A stretch of 62,056 nt of DNA, counting the filler, from Sluysia triapertura (taxonomy: Eukaryota): assembly GCA_046118255.1 (NCBI GenBank). It is 4 parts of 4 records of this genome, joined end to end, with 100 filler letters (N's around TTAATTAATTAA, not from the genome) between each part and the next. Parts side by side here need not be neighbours in the genome. Positions count along the whole stretch, not along the records: positions 51,126 to 62,056 come from JBJNIA010191362.1; 3 more parts are not named here. One strand, given 5' to 3'. Below are positions 51,730-62,056 of the stretch, piece by piece. A program made the translations under genes and the position numbers. Numbering within the stretch: position 1 is the first letter of the stretch; the number at the start of each line of letters is the position of its first letter. Below the pieces are notes generated by a model that was given only the letters and a program-made list of their open reading frames with translations, did not search any database and was not told where the DNA came from.

Positions 51730-52040
51730 ATTTATATATTTTATTGATGAGTTTATTGGTATATTAACGCCATGTTTTAAAGGTTGTTGAAAACTGGTGA
51801 TAAAATTCTATTATCAAATACAACAATAATATTCTTAAAAAAACTCTTGTTAAATTTAATAACTGTTTCAATGTCAACAATTTTCATCATTGGGTTAGAT
51901 GGAGTTTCAATCCATATTATTTTAGTAGAAGAAGTTAAACATTTCTTTAATAATCTTAAATCATGCACATTAATAACTTCACACTTTATTCCAAATTTCA
52001 TAGCTATTTTCAAAAAATAAAGTCTAAATTCTCCAGTTCT
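51730..52040 (-). pseudogene. CTH: Cystathionine gamma-lyase internal fragment, frameshifted
   Basis: YFLKIAMKFGIK..TKIIWIETPSNPMMKIVDI..IIVVFDNRILSP; after a frameshift, QQPLKHGVNIPINSSIKYIN (PLP-lysine motif, like QRPLxLGADIxxxSATKYMN). Confidence 0.85.
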
Positions 52041-52489
52041 GGCCAACCTTATCGTGTAAAATTTTATCACATTATAATATATAAAACCTAGTAACTTTAC
52101 ATCTTAACCATTTATTCCATCATAAATCATTAAATTGTAAATTAAATTCAAAATATAATATCAAACAAATGGAATGTTTCGTCTTCATCTTCTTTCTTTA
52201 ATCTGTTTTGTTTCTCTTCATCGTTATCCAATTTGATCGTACGGTATTCTTGCATTATTTTTGTTTCATCCACCGTCAATCTACTCAAACTCCTACCAAG
52301 TCCATTACTTTCAGATTCTTCACTATAATCATCATATTCTTGTGTTTCGTAGTTATAATTTACTTGTGTCCTACCATTTTATTATTTTTCTCATTAAACC
52401 TTACCTTTCTTGATGGAGTTTGTCCCATTACTGGTTGATAATTTTGCATCATACTTAAATCTTGGTTAAAAGTATCTTATTTTAATTTA

Positions 52490-53460
52490 CTACAGTTTCG
52501 TGCTTAGTGTCCCTTCCTATTACACTTATGACGTATTATCTCACCTTCTACGTTAGTTTTAGTTTTATTAATGTAATTATTATTTCTTACTGGGCTCTTA
52601 TTGCTATCTTTAAATTCTTCGTTATTCGGCCACCTCATCGGAGGTCTTTACTCAAATTCTCTTGTTTCATTATAATTTCTTGCAAATCCTCTTGCTCTTC
52701 CTCTTCTTTGATTATAATCATTTCTTCGTGAGTTAAAACTATTTCTCCTATAATTATTACCTCTAAAATTACTAGTATTATTATTATGATTATCTGAAAA
52801 ATGATTATTTTTAAACATATCATCTCTTAAATTATATCCTGGACTCCTATCTCCTTATCATCATCACTTACATAACATACGTTGTTTCTTGCTTCCATTT
52901 TAGATCTCTCTATTCCTCTTAATATTTTGACTATCTCTTTAAATGAATGATTGTCTATTAAATTAACGTAGATACTTAAATCCGGACGGAGTCCGCTCTT
53001 AAACTTATCTATTAAAATCATTTCCTTTTTATCATCTGAAATCTTAGCTCGTGCCACTAAACTCTTGAGTGCGCACGCGTATTCGTATACGGTTTCGAGA
53101 AGTTTTTGTTTTCTTATATACATTCATGTATAATATTTGCATATGTCATCCAAAACGATTTCTTCCGTGAAAGCGTTAACAAAATTGCTCCAATTAGTTT
53201 AGATAGCATTATCTATCTCCTTATATGTCTGAATAGCAACACCTGTAAGATAATTTTGAATTCTCTTAATTTTCTCTAATTCCGACCAGCCATTAGCCTC
53301 TGATATGCTGCCTTACTCAAACAAAAAAAATCACACAAATCCTCTTCGGCTCCTTTAACTTACGCATTTCTGGTAATAATACGGCAGATTTTATATTTTG
53401 TGCAAACTGTGTCATATATTCCTTAAATTCGTTCATTGGTACGGCCATTTTAATGTCTTC
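52490..53460 (-). mobile_element. Ty3/gypsy gag, decayed
   Basis: SEANGWSELEKIKRIQNYLTGVA..W..F..AF; KQKLLETVYEYACALKSL..DKFKSGLRPDL; CCHC remnant RHKCNRKGH*ARNC at about 52534-52493. Confidence 0.85.
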
Positions 53461-53693
53461 CAATACAACTTTTATATCTTTTAGTGGGATGCTAATATTA
53501 TCATGTAATCATCTTTAATATCTATTTATGTATCGTCTATGTTTAAAAATGTTTCTTATAACTTAAATTATTCATTTATTTATTTATATCGATTACACTT
53601 AAATTACTCTTTAAGACTTACTTAAATACTTATATCTACTTACTTCCTTACTTAATACTAATAAACTTAAATATCAATAAATTCTTCTTGTTG

Positions 53694-53711
53694 GTTCCAA
53701 TTCTGGCGCCA
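53694..53711 (-). other. tRNA primer-binding site TGGCGCCAGAATTGGAAC
   Basis: TGG-starting 18-mer a few nt after the ...AACA LTR end and upstream of gag. Confidence 0.7.
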
Positions 53712-53716
53712 AATTT

Positions 53717-54079
53717 TGTTTAGTTTTTTCTTAATATAAAAACCTAAATTACAGCAAAATAATTTATTATTCTGAATCCGTTTACAGTGTACGACTTACT
53801 AATGGTGTACCTGTAAAATTACGTGAAAACAATTATCAAGATTAATAGTATAAAAATACTATTTGCCTTAACTTAAATAATAGTGGGCAAAATCTCTTGA
53901 TATTAAATGACTTAAAACATAATCAAGATTAACGCTAGCTTCTATAATATTTGAATTTATATAAAAATCAAATGAGTAGTATTTGTATAGAAACGTGTTG
54001 TTTGCTAGATCTTCAATTCTTATTTAAATCTTAATATAATGCTCGTAATAGGAAGAATATAAACTCGACTTGTGTTACA
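53717..54079 (-). mobile_element. Putative 5' LTR (~363 bp, TGTAAC...AACA)
   Basis: Abuts the PBS; TG...CA ends; AATAAA near its 3' end; outer boundary inferred, second LTR not seen. Confidence 0.5.
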
Positions 54080-57000
54080 ATATTTACGTAAAAAGATTTA
54101 TAATAAAATAAGACTTAAAGAGTTTAAATTTTATTATACAACAAATAAAATTAAAATAAAACTACGGTAAATTTATAAAATTCGAAAAAACAATTATTAA
54201 TAAAGATAAAAATTTATAAATAATAAAATTATAATAATGATAAAAGTTGAATTATAATAAAGGTCTAGCTGTTAGACTCTATCTTGTAATAATGATTTTA
54301 TAATTAACCTTAAGGGCCAACTAAAGATTATTTTATATTTTAAATTGATTTTGTGATTGGCTTTAAGGACCAACCGTGAAATTAGTATTTTACGTATAAA
54401 TTTTAACTCAGTGTGAGTTTGCAAGCTATGTTGAACAAACTTACGAATTAATTAATAATGAATGCTTGTGTTCTCCGTTTGTCATTTCTTTTAAATAAGT
54501 TGATTGCTTGAGAATGGAAGATCGTATCCCTCTAATCGTAGACGCGAAAGAGGATATCGTTGACTCAATTATGAACTTAATTGGTTGCTGGGACATTAAA
54601 TTGTTGATTTTACTTACGAAGCTTGAATTAAACTGTAGCTGACTCAAACCCAAACTAAGACGTATGATTCAAAATGGCATAGCATTACGTGTTTTATTTA
54701 TTTTTGTCTATCTTTATATAAAGACATTTTAAATTTTAATTTGCATAAACAATTTTTTTATTTTCGAATATTCTTTCAAATTCTTTTTTAATTTATAACA
54801 ATAATTTTAATTTTAATATAATTAGAATAAGAATTTTTTAAATAATAATAATTTAATGATTTTTTTACAATAAAATATAAAAATTTTTTGTACACCTTTA
54901 CAAGATGTATTAAAAACTTATTAAACATATAAAGGCAAGTAGATGAAAAAAGAACTTATTCTACCTTTTCAACAAATTCAAACTTTCTTTGCCCCCACAT
55001 TCACTAACCTCAACATAGACATTATTTCGAACTCTTAATCGTTTTTTTGGTGGCTCAGAACATAGATTTTTTCCAAAATTGCTTTCAAACTATCCATTTA
55101 AAAGGATATTATTGATAATTAAAAATTTCACTAGAACCACAGATTACAAAAAAATTAATGAATAATACACTTTACAAAAAACAATTCCAAATTTCTAAAA
55201 TATTAAATCAATATCATTTGATATTGATTAGTTTGTCTGTTATTTCCTTAAAAGAAAATGAAAAAGTAAATTAATTAATTAAATTATATACTGCAATAAT
55301 GAACAGTGACATAAGACGGATATCAGTAATTAAATTGTCATTTATTGATGTTTACTTATTAATAGTTAAATATTAATTGATGTGTTATACGTGATTTTAC
55401 TATTTTAATAGTGTATAAAACTTTAAATCATCTTTGTTTTTGAGGTCGTGTTTGAAATAAAAATCGATCGTTAATAATATTATAATTATAATAATAATCT
55501 ATTATTATTATAATTATTATTATGCCAAAATTATATTAATAATAATAATTAAAAGATCGATAAGTTTTTTTATTAATTAGTATAATATGTACGTTTATAA
55601 TTGTTATAATTACAATATGTACTTTCTTATTTATAAAGACTTTTAAGGTCAAATTTAATAATAAAAATAGCACTACAAATGGTGCTTGTAACTCAGTTAC
55701 TTGTTTTCAGTTTTCTTGTAATAAAATGTAAAAAATGAACAATAAATTCGAATGATAAAGTTCGGAAGTATCATACTTAAGTGTAATCTGAGATATTGTC
55801 GAAATGTAATGTGATTTTCAATGAATTTTTATCATGAATCAATGTTATAACAACTTTACTATATGTTATTGTAGAAATTAGGATGTTGGCTACATGAATA
55901 TTATTATACTTATTCTTAGTAAATATTGTTTCCTTTAAAAGTTATACTAATGTCCTTTTCGCGAACCTATAAGCATTTATGGAAAAATTTTTTAATATGA
56001 GTTTAATACTGAATTAAATTGAAAATATAACTTACTAAGGTAGTTGTAAATGATAATTGTTCGTGTTTCATTACTATTAAAAAATACTTAGAAATTTTAA
56101 TAGACAAAAGTTTTCTTTAATTCCTACGAATGTTATAAGATGGAATTTAATATTTTATTTTATGATCATAATTCAAAAGTCGCAATATATTCAACTTTTA
56201 CAAAAAAAATAAACATGAAGGTTAATATATAAAATAGAACGAAAATACCAACTTTATAAAATAATCTATACAATTAAAAATGTATACTATCGATATCATA
56301 TTGGCTACAAGTGCCTTTACTTCTTTCACGCACTTCATTTTTATGCATTTGGTTAAATTCGAGTATCCAATTAAGGATCTTGTATATTTTCTTCATTAAT
56401 AACTTCTAACTTGCACATGGATCTAGCTTAGCTATTTATTTATTTCTCTGATTTATAATTTGCTAATGACACTGTAATTATATTATAATTTTCAACAATT
56501 GTTACTCTTATAGCAAGCATAGAATTATAGTAAATACATTGTTACGGGGAAATTATTTGTAAATGATTAGTAAAATTAATCTCGGACAGCATTCAGGAGC
56601 ACCCCATTCCAGCACTCCAATGAAAGATTGTTCGGATCGTTTCCACTACGTAAGCAATAATAATTTCCATTTCCTTCAATTTAATTTGCACTAAGTATTG
56701 CTGTATCCGGAAGCAGATCTCAATCTAGAACATAATAATGTGAACAACGAAATATTTATTAAAATACAAGAATACGTTTTATTTTTTATGAATATTAGTA
56801 AATGTTCGTGTTCAATTTGCTACATGTTTACATTTCTGATCCTTTATAATTCTATGTAACGAGGAATTAATTGATTCTGGCATACAATGCATCATCTTCG
56901 CAAGATTATTTGACTTTTCAACGAAATCGAGGTATTGAATGTGCCTTCTGCAAAAGAGAACTGCTTAACGCAAAGCATATTAACAGAACCAACTTATACA

Positions 57001-57699
57001 GACGCTGTTTTTTAATACGAGAGAAAATAATACAATAAAAACTGAAAATAAAATAGTCGCGAAGGTAACGTATATATTTTGCAATTGTACGTAAATAAAC
57101 ACTGCAATATCTAAGCAAAACATCATAGCAGCAAGTGTCTTGAGCTTTACTATGAAAATATACATTCATTTCATGAGTACTATAGCATACTAAAATTAAA
57201 TTCTCCTTAACTCCAATATTAATACAAATCAACTGCTTCTAACATAAATATTAAAGTCCATAAACCTATTATGACAATGGTTTTAAAAAAACATAGTCCA
57301 TTATGAAATTTTGCCTAAATTCATTATCAGTTTTAACACATGCAAAAAATTGCCGTCAACAGCAAGTTGATAATGCAACTGCAAATTGATACAGTGAAAC
57401 ATAACCATATAATCTACCACATATAAACATAAAATTTTCTTCATTAATTTTTTGAATAATTCATGCAAAAAACTTGTGTGATAAGTAAAGCTGATTACTT
57501 GTACGCAGTAGCCTGATGCAGAAAAATGAACATATAAATGAACAATTTAAACAGCATTTTAATTGATATATATTGATATATTATTGATAAATTACCACTG
57601 TTAGATAATAAATTTAAATTTTCTTTATAACCTAAATTTTTTATTTATTTTAAAAAGTTAAATCGAAATATTTTTAGGTTATCATCAAAACTTAAAACC

Positions 57700-57856
57700 C
57701 TTTAAAATCTTTAAAATCACTTTAAAAATACTTTCCAACAGAGAAATTATTTTTTGAAAAAAGAAATTACTCTATAAAAACAGAATATTGATTCCTATTG
57801 GCTGATAACTGGTACATAAACTAGCATCAGTTTAATGAAAATCGCCATTTTGAAAT
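57700..57856 (-). repeat. Dispersed repeat family D, copy 2 (inverted)
   Basis: Reverse complement of 9128-9313. Confidence 0.8.
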
Positions 57857-58199
57857 ATATAATTTGGTCCTTATTTTGTTCTTTACTTTATTTATTTTGG
57901 GTTGCAAATTTTTGGTTTATCGATCAACAATCAAAAAATTAACAATCAATCCTGGTGGCAATATTATTCGATCAGAACCCGCATTCCATTCCACGTTTAT
58001 CGTAAGTTATTTTTATTAAGGTGATACTAATTGCGATACTAACCTAAATTTAATTTATGGCAAAAACAATTAACGACCCTAGAGGTTTTAATTGTAACAT
58101 TGAATTTTATTAGTTCACTATCTATTCTTTGTATTATGTGGCATCTTTGAAATCAATAGTAACAATAAACTAATATCAATTTACTTCACTTAAATAAAA

Positions 58200-59300
58200 T
58201 CTCAAATTATTTAAAAATTCACTAGATCAAGTATAACTTATCACACATTTTCTTATTTTAGTAATGATATTTATTCAACCAAAAAATTACGTTCTTAATT
58301 TAAAATAATAACAACAACCCAATAATATAATATTATAAATCAAATACAAGTCGTTATAACAATTCTCTGCTTGAACATTAATCAAGTAAACTAAATGAAA
58401 AATAACTAAATTTCAAAGTTAACAATAACATTTATGACAATATTAAGATCACAACAATCTATCCAAAAAAACCAGAAATGACTCAACAAACAACAAAAAT
58501 TAAAATACCAATATCTGAATAAAGTGAAATAAATAATAATAATATTTATATCTTATCGAATAATTCTATTCTAACTTAATAGCCAAAAAACAATTTTGTA
58601 ATTTTGGGCAGGCAGTCTCCTTAAATTCAATTAAAATCAATTTAACAGTAGTTTAATGAAAAATTGTAATTAAACACTTAAAAACTCTTCAAGATAACTT
58701 GGGCTGGAAGTCTCCCAAAAATCAAATAAAATCAAATAAAAAATTATTCAATAATATTAATAATAAAATAATAATAATAATAAATTTACCATAATCATGA
58801 ATCTTCCTTTCAATATTTTAAGTACTCGCTTTTATATCGCTATATTGTCCAATCACTCTCAAACTCACAATCAGAAATTACTCTTGCACAAATCATTAAA
58901 ACCTTTTTTAAAGATTAAACCAACTAAAACGACTTTGACATTTACATGGTACGACCTGTCAGACAAAACATAACAATTCGATTAATAATCAAGTCTTATT
59001 TTTTTCTTCTTCTATAATCGATCTATTTTTTCATGAATCACTTCTTACATTATTATTTATATAATAAAATATGAATTTAACTTTAGTTTTTACAGTTCGA
59101 TTAATTTTCAATTCATCACACTCAATTTTTAGTAGAAAATGTTTAAGGTCCTCATTACCAAACAAACCATTTCACAAACATATCAACCTCATTTTCGGAT
59201 TCTCCTATTTCATAGTAATCACTTCATATCCAAATCAAAATCTATTCATCATTCTAAATATGAAAATTGCAGCAATTTTTAATTAAAAATTAATTAAAAT
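58200..59300 (-). repeat. Dispersed repeat family C, copy 3 (inverted)
   Basis: aatcaaatacaagtcgtt, ttgggcaggcagtctcc, acatggtac and aacaaacc match copies 1 and 2 in reverse. Confidence 0.8.
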
Positions 59301-59430
59301 TCGAGTTTTTGGGTAGTTGACGTTTGTACGATGTTGAAATGATGTTATTACAAGATTAAATTTTAGAACTAAATATGTTTTTAATAAATTAACCTTGAAT
59401 AGTTTATACAGGTTCCGTAAGTTTGGAGTA

Positions 59431-60877
59431 CTAAGTAAAGCTTAAATACTCCGCGTCATAGAAGAAACAAATATGATTCATATCAATAAAGAAGTTCGTG
59501 AATGGACTAACGTTTTGTATTTCTAAAGTAATAGTTATGTCAAAGATGGTCGTATTAATGTTTAATAACAATATTTTATGAATAATAGAGATAACTACGG
59601 TTGCTTTTAACAGTATACGTGTCCCATGTTTTATTATTTTTATAAGTATAGACTTATACTTAAGTTCGTGGTTATAGCTATCGTACATCGTTAAAAGCAA
59701 AATATTAACTTTTGGAACCATTGAATTAGAACTAGACATTTTATTTTAAAGAACTACTAAACAAAATCTAATTGAATTAATGTTTTTGAACAAAAGTAAA
59801 TATCTATTTTTATTGAAGAATTCCTCCATTATTCGAAATTCATATTCCACTAAATCTTGTTGTCCCAGCAGTTCCAGATTCTAATTTTGTCATCTAAAAT
59901 ACAGAATAATAAAGGTAAAAAGTCAAATCTTACGTATGAAATCTTAACAAGTACCATCTTCCTCATAAACTTAAACGGACACGTATTTATGGTAGGTTTC
60001 AGACTTCTTTCGACTAACAATGGTACAATTAATTTTTGGCTTGACACGAATAGAATTATCTTATCAACTCGTAACGTGATCGGATATCTTGGAATGACGG
60101 TTTCCTTTCTTAAAAGTAACGATTTGATCGGTTTCCGATTAACTATTCTTAACAGGTACTTCTTAGATCGTGACAAACATACAAAAAATTTCACAACTGA
60201 TAGATATGATAGAATGTTTGCTTCTGCATCAAGATATATGATGAATGAAATAGTTAATGATCTAGTTCCTTTTGGTTGATCTTGAAGAATTGCTTTATTA
60301 ATTATGTATTTGTTGCTTCTAAGCAATAGACTTGATTTAGCTTTTGTTCTAGATATGAATAAGCCATAAAACATCAGAAAAACACCCTTTGACACAAATA
60401 ATTGTTCTTGATTCATTTCATTGATAACGTAATTTAGGACATAATTTATTAGAGATTTACAACATGTTGTTAATCTAAAAATATTTATATTTATAATAAA
60501 ACGAGGAAAAGGAATTTTAGAATTACTCATGATTATATTACTTGAAAAAGAAACTTTGGTATAACAATCAAACGAGTCAATTTTAGTCGATTCTGGTTAG
60601 CAATTGAATCAGTATTAACTTTTTGACTTGGTCTACGAGATTTATCAATTTTACACCAACTTATAGTTAGTGTCTTATTACAACTTTCAATTTCATCTTT
60701 TTCCTCATCATCCATCCAAAATGCTTCGGCGTAGAGATGGTCTTCACCTGGAATGTGTGAATCTTTATCAAAACTCTGTAAAATACTGTTAAGATTACTT
60801 GGATCATGATTGGGAACATTATAAAAGATAGCTGTTTGGATCTGAACTTTTTTGCGATTACAAAAAGGTATTATCAT
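59431..60877 (-). CDS. Putative spliced gene of unknown function
   Basis: Three adjacent minus-strand ORFs (114, 226 and 102 aa) with plausible GT/AG sites between them; no recognisable motif; exon boundaries unresolved. Confidence 0.4.
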
Positions 60878-61082
60878 GTAACCATTTGAAACTTATTCGG
60901 CTTTTTGTTTACGATCTAGAAAGATTTCATCAAACTCGTTGGATTTCGGTAGCATTGAAACCTTTATCAATTTTTTCGCCAACAATTTGTTATACGTAAC
61001 ATAAAAATCGGATCATTTTAGTAAGATTTAAAATTCCAAAGATGTATAAAAATTTCTGCTAATCAAAAAAATGATATTCTAC

Positions 61083-62056
61083 TGTTCAGCTCACCCAATC
61101 AGAGTCTTAGCAATAACAATTAATTGTATGAACTCTGATTGGGTGGTGTACAAAACTATTGACATGAAATGAAGATCGATACAACTGATGATTGACCATC
61201 ATTAGTGTTGGCACTTTAATGAAAAATGTAACGTATAGTGTCAACACTGGTGATGGTAGCAACCAGGTTGATCGTCATTTAATTGAATTTATTTTAATTT
61301 ATATTTTATAAAAATAATTTAATGTTTAATAGTACTAACAATAATAATAATAATAATAGCAATAATATCAACGATAATACTGTTATTATTATTGTTATCA
61401 TTAATAAAACGTATAAACCTTGCTTTTTAAATAAAAGACACGAATTTTTCTTTCGAATTCTTTTATTTCTGATATATTAAAATAGAAATGAAAAATAAAA
61501 ACTATTGGTATTATGCGAAGGAGCAACGGTAACGTGGTATATAATGCCTCAGTTATCGTTTCTGCTTCATTTCTGAAATTAATTTCTTTAATTAAATTTG
61601 TTTAGAATTTTTGAAGGTAAAATGATTTGAGTTCTAAGTGAAATGAAGAATGTTAGAATAAATTCTTGAGATTTATTTAAGGTTTATAGTTGAAAACAAA
61701 ATTTATGCATTGAATATAATGGTTTGAAAGGCTTGTTAAAAGATTATAGTTTATTAAATTTAAAGGAAAATTACAAAATAAATCTTGGCGTATTTACGAT
61801 GCTGTTGTAAAAAGTTGATAATGGTTATGGGTAGATTAAATTGGTTGTAACGTAAGTATTTTCTATGTTTCAGGTACTTGTTAATGTTGTTAAATGATAT
61901 TAATGTATTTGTGATTTATATGTTATAAGTTGTGATTGTGATTTGATTTGAGAGGATAAATTATTAAATAAATGTTATTGATTGTTCGGTATTAATTATC
62001 AAAATATAGTGTAAGGTGAATGATTGAGAGTATTAGATGAATTGTTTGAGATGTGT
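61083..62056 (+). mobile_element. Repeat family A, copy 2 (runs off the window end)
   Basis: Colinear with 34078 to about 35200, including all three hairpins. Confidence 0.75.

Noticed and set aside
54441-54653. 70-aa minus-strand ORF with splice-like ends
   Set aside because: No partner exons or recognisable motif found
56570-57232. Hydrophobic ORFs and an EGNGN OTU-like motif
   Set aside because: Multiple stops and no coherent family signature
61184-61230. CTGATGA...GAAA hammerhead ribozyme core
   Set aside because: Absent from the other family A copy and the required helices do not form
1-62056. CRISPR arrays, prokaryotic operons, rRNA or tRNA genes, alternative genetic code
   Set aside because: None seen; intact genes splice and read in the standard code, and in-frame stops occur only in decayed elements

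Overview
This is very AT-rich eukaryotic, probably metazoan, genomic DNA with spliceosomal GT-AG introns, many only 32-43 nt. A reduced invertebrate parasite such as an orthonectid would fit, but that is a guess. The window is not necessarily contiguous: three 100-bp spacers (44 N + TTAATTAATTAA + 44 N, at 18439, 33787 and 51026) look like artificial contig linkers, and there are three ordinary N gaps. Genes reconstructed by hand: (1) a large Cys/Lys-rich repeat protein (1->6007, +) whose 12 resolvable introns are all phase 1 and sit at the same point of a ~44-aa module; (2) the N-terminal third of Integrator subunit 2 (INTS2, -); (3) an eIF4A-derived reading frame with its ATPase motifs destroyed; (4) the 3' part of a WD40/beta-propeller-like gene (-); (5) a complete 294-aa single-pass Ig-domain membrane protein (+); (6) an unassigned spliced gene near 59.4-60.9 kb. 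Pseudogenes: a cystathionine gamma-lyase fragment and two paralogous Unkempt-type CCCH zinc-finger genes. The rest is mostly decayed transposons (mariner, Tc1, piggyBac-type ends and a MITE, FLYWCH-MULE, Ty3/gypsy gag and pol, L2/CR1, LINE ORF1) and several dispersed repeat families, one carrying three conserved RNA-like hairpins. No rRNA, tRNA or CRISPR array was seen. All homology calls come from recalled motifs, not database searches.
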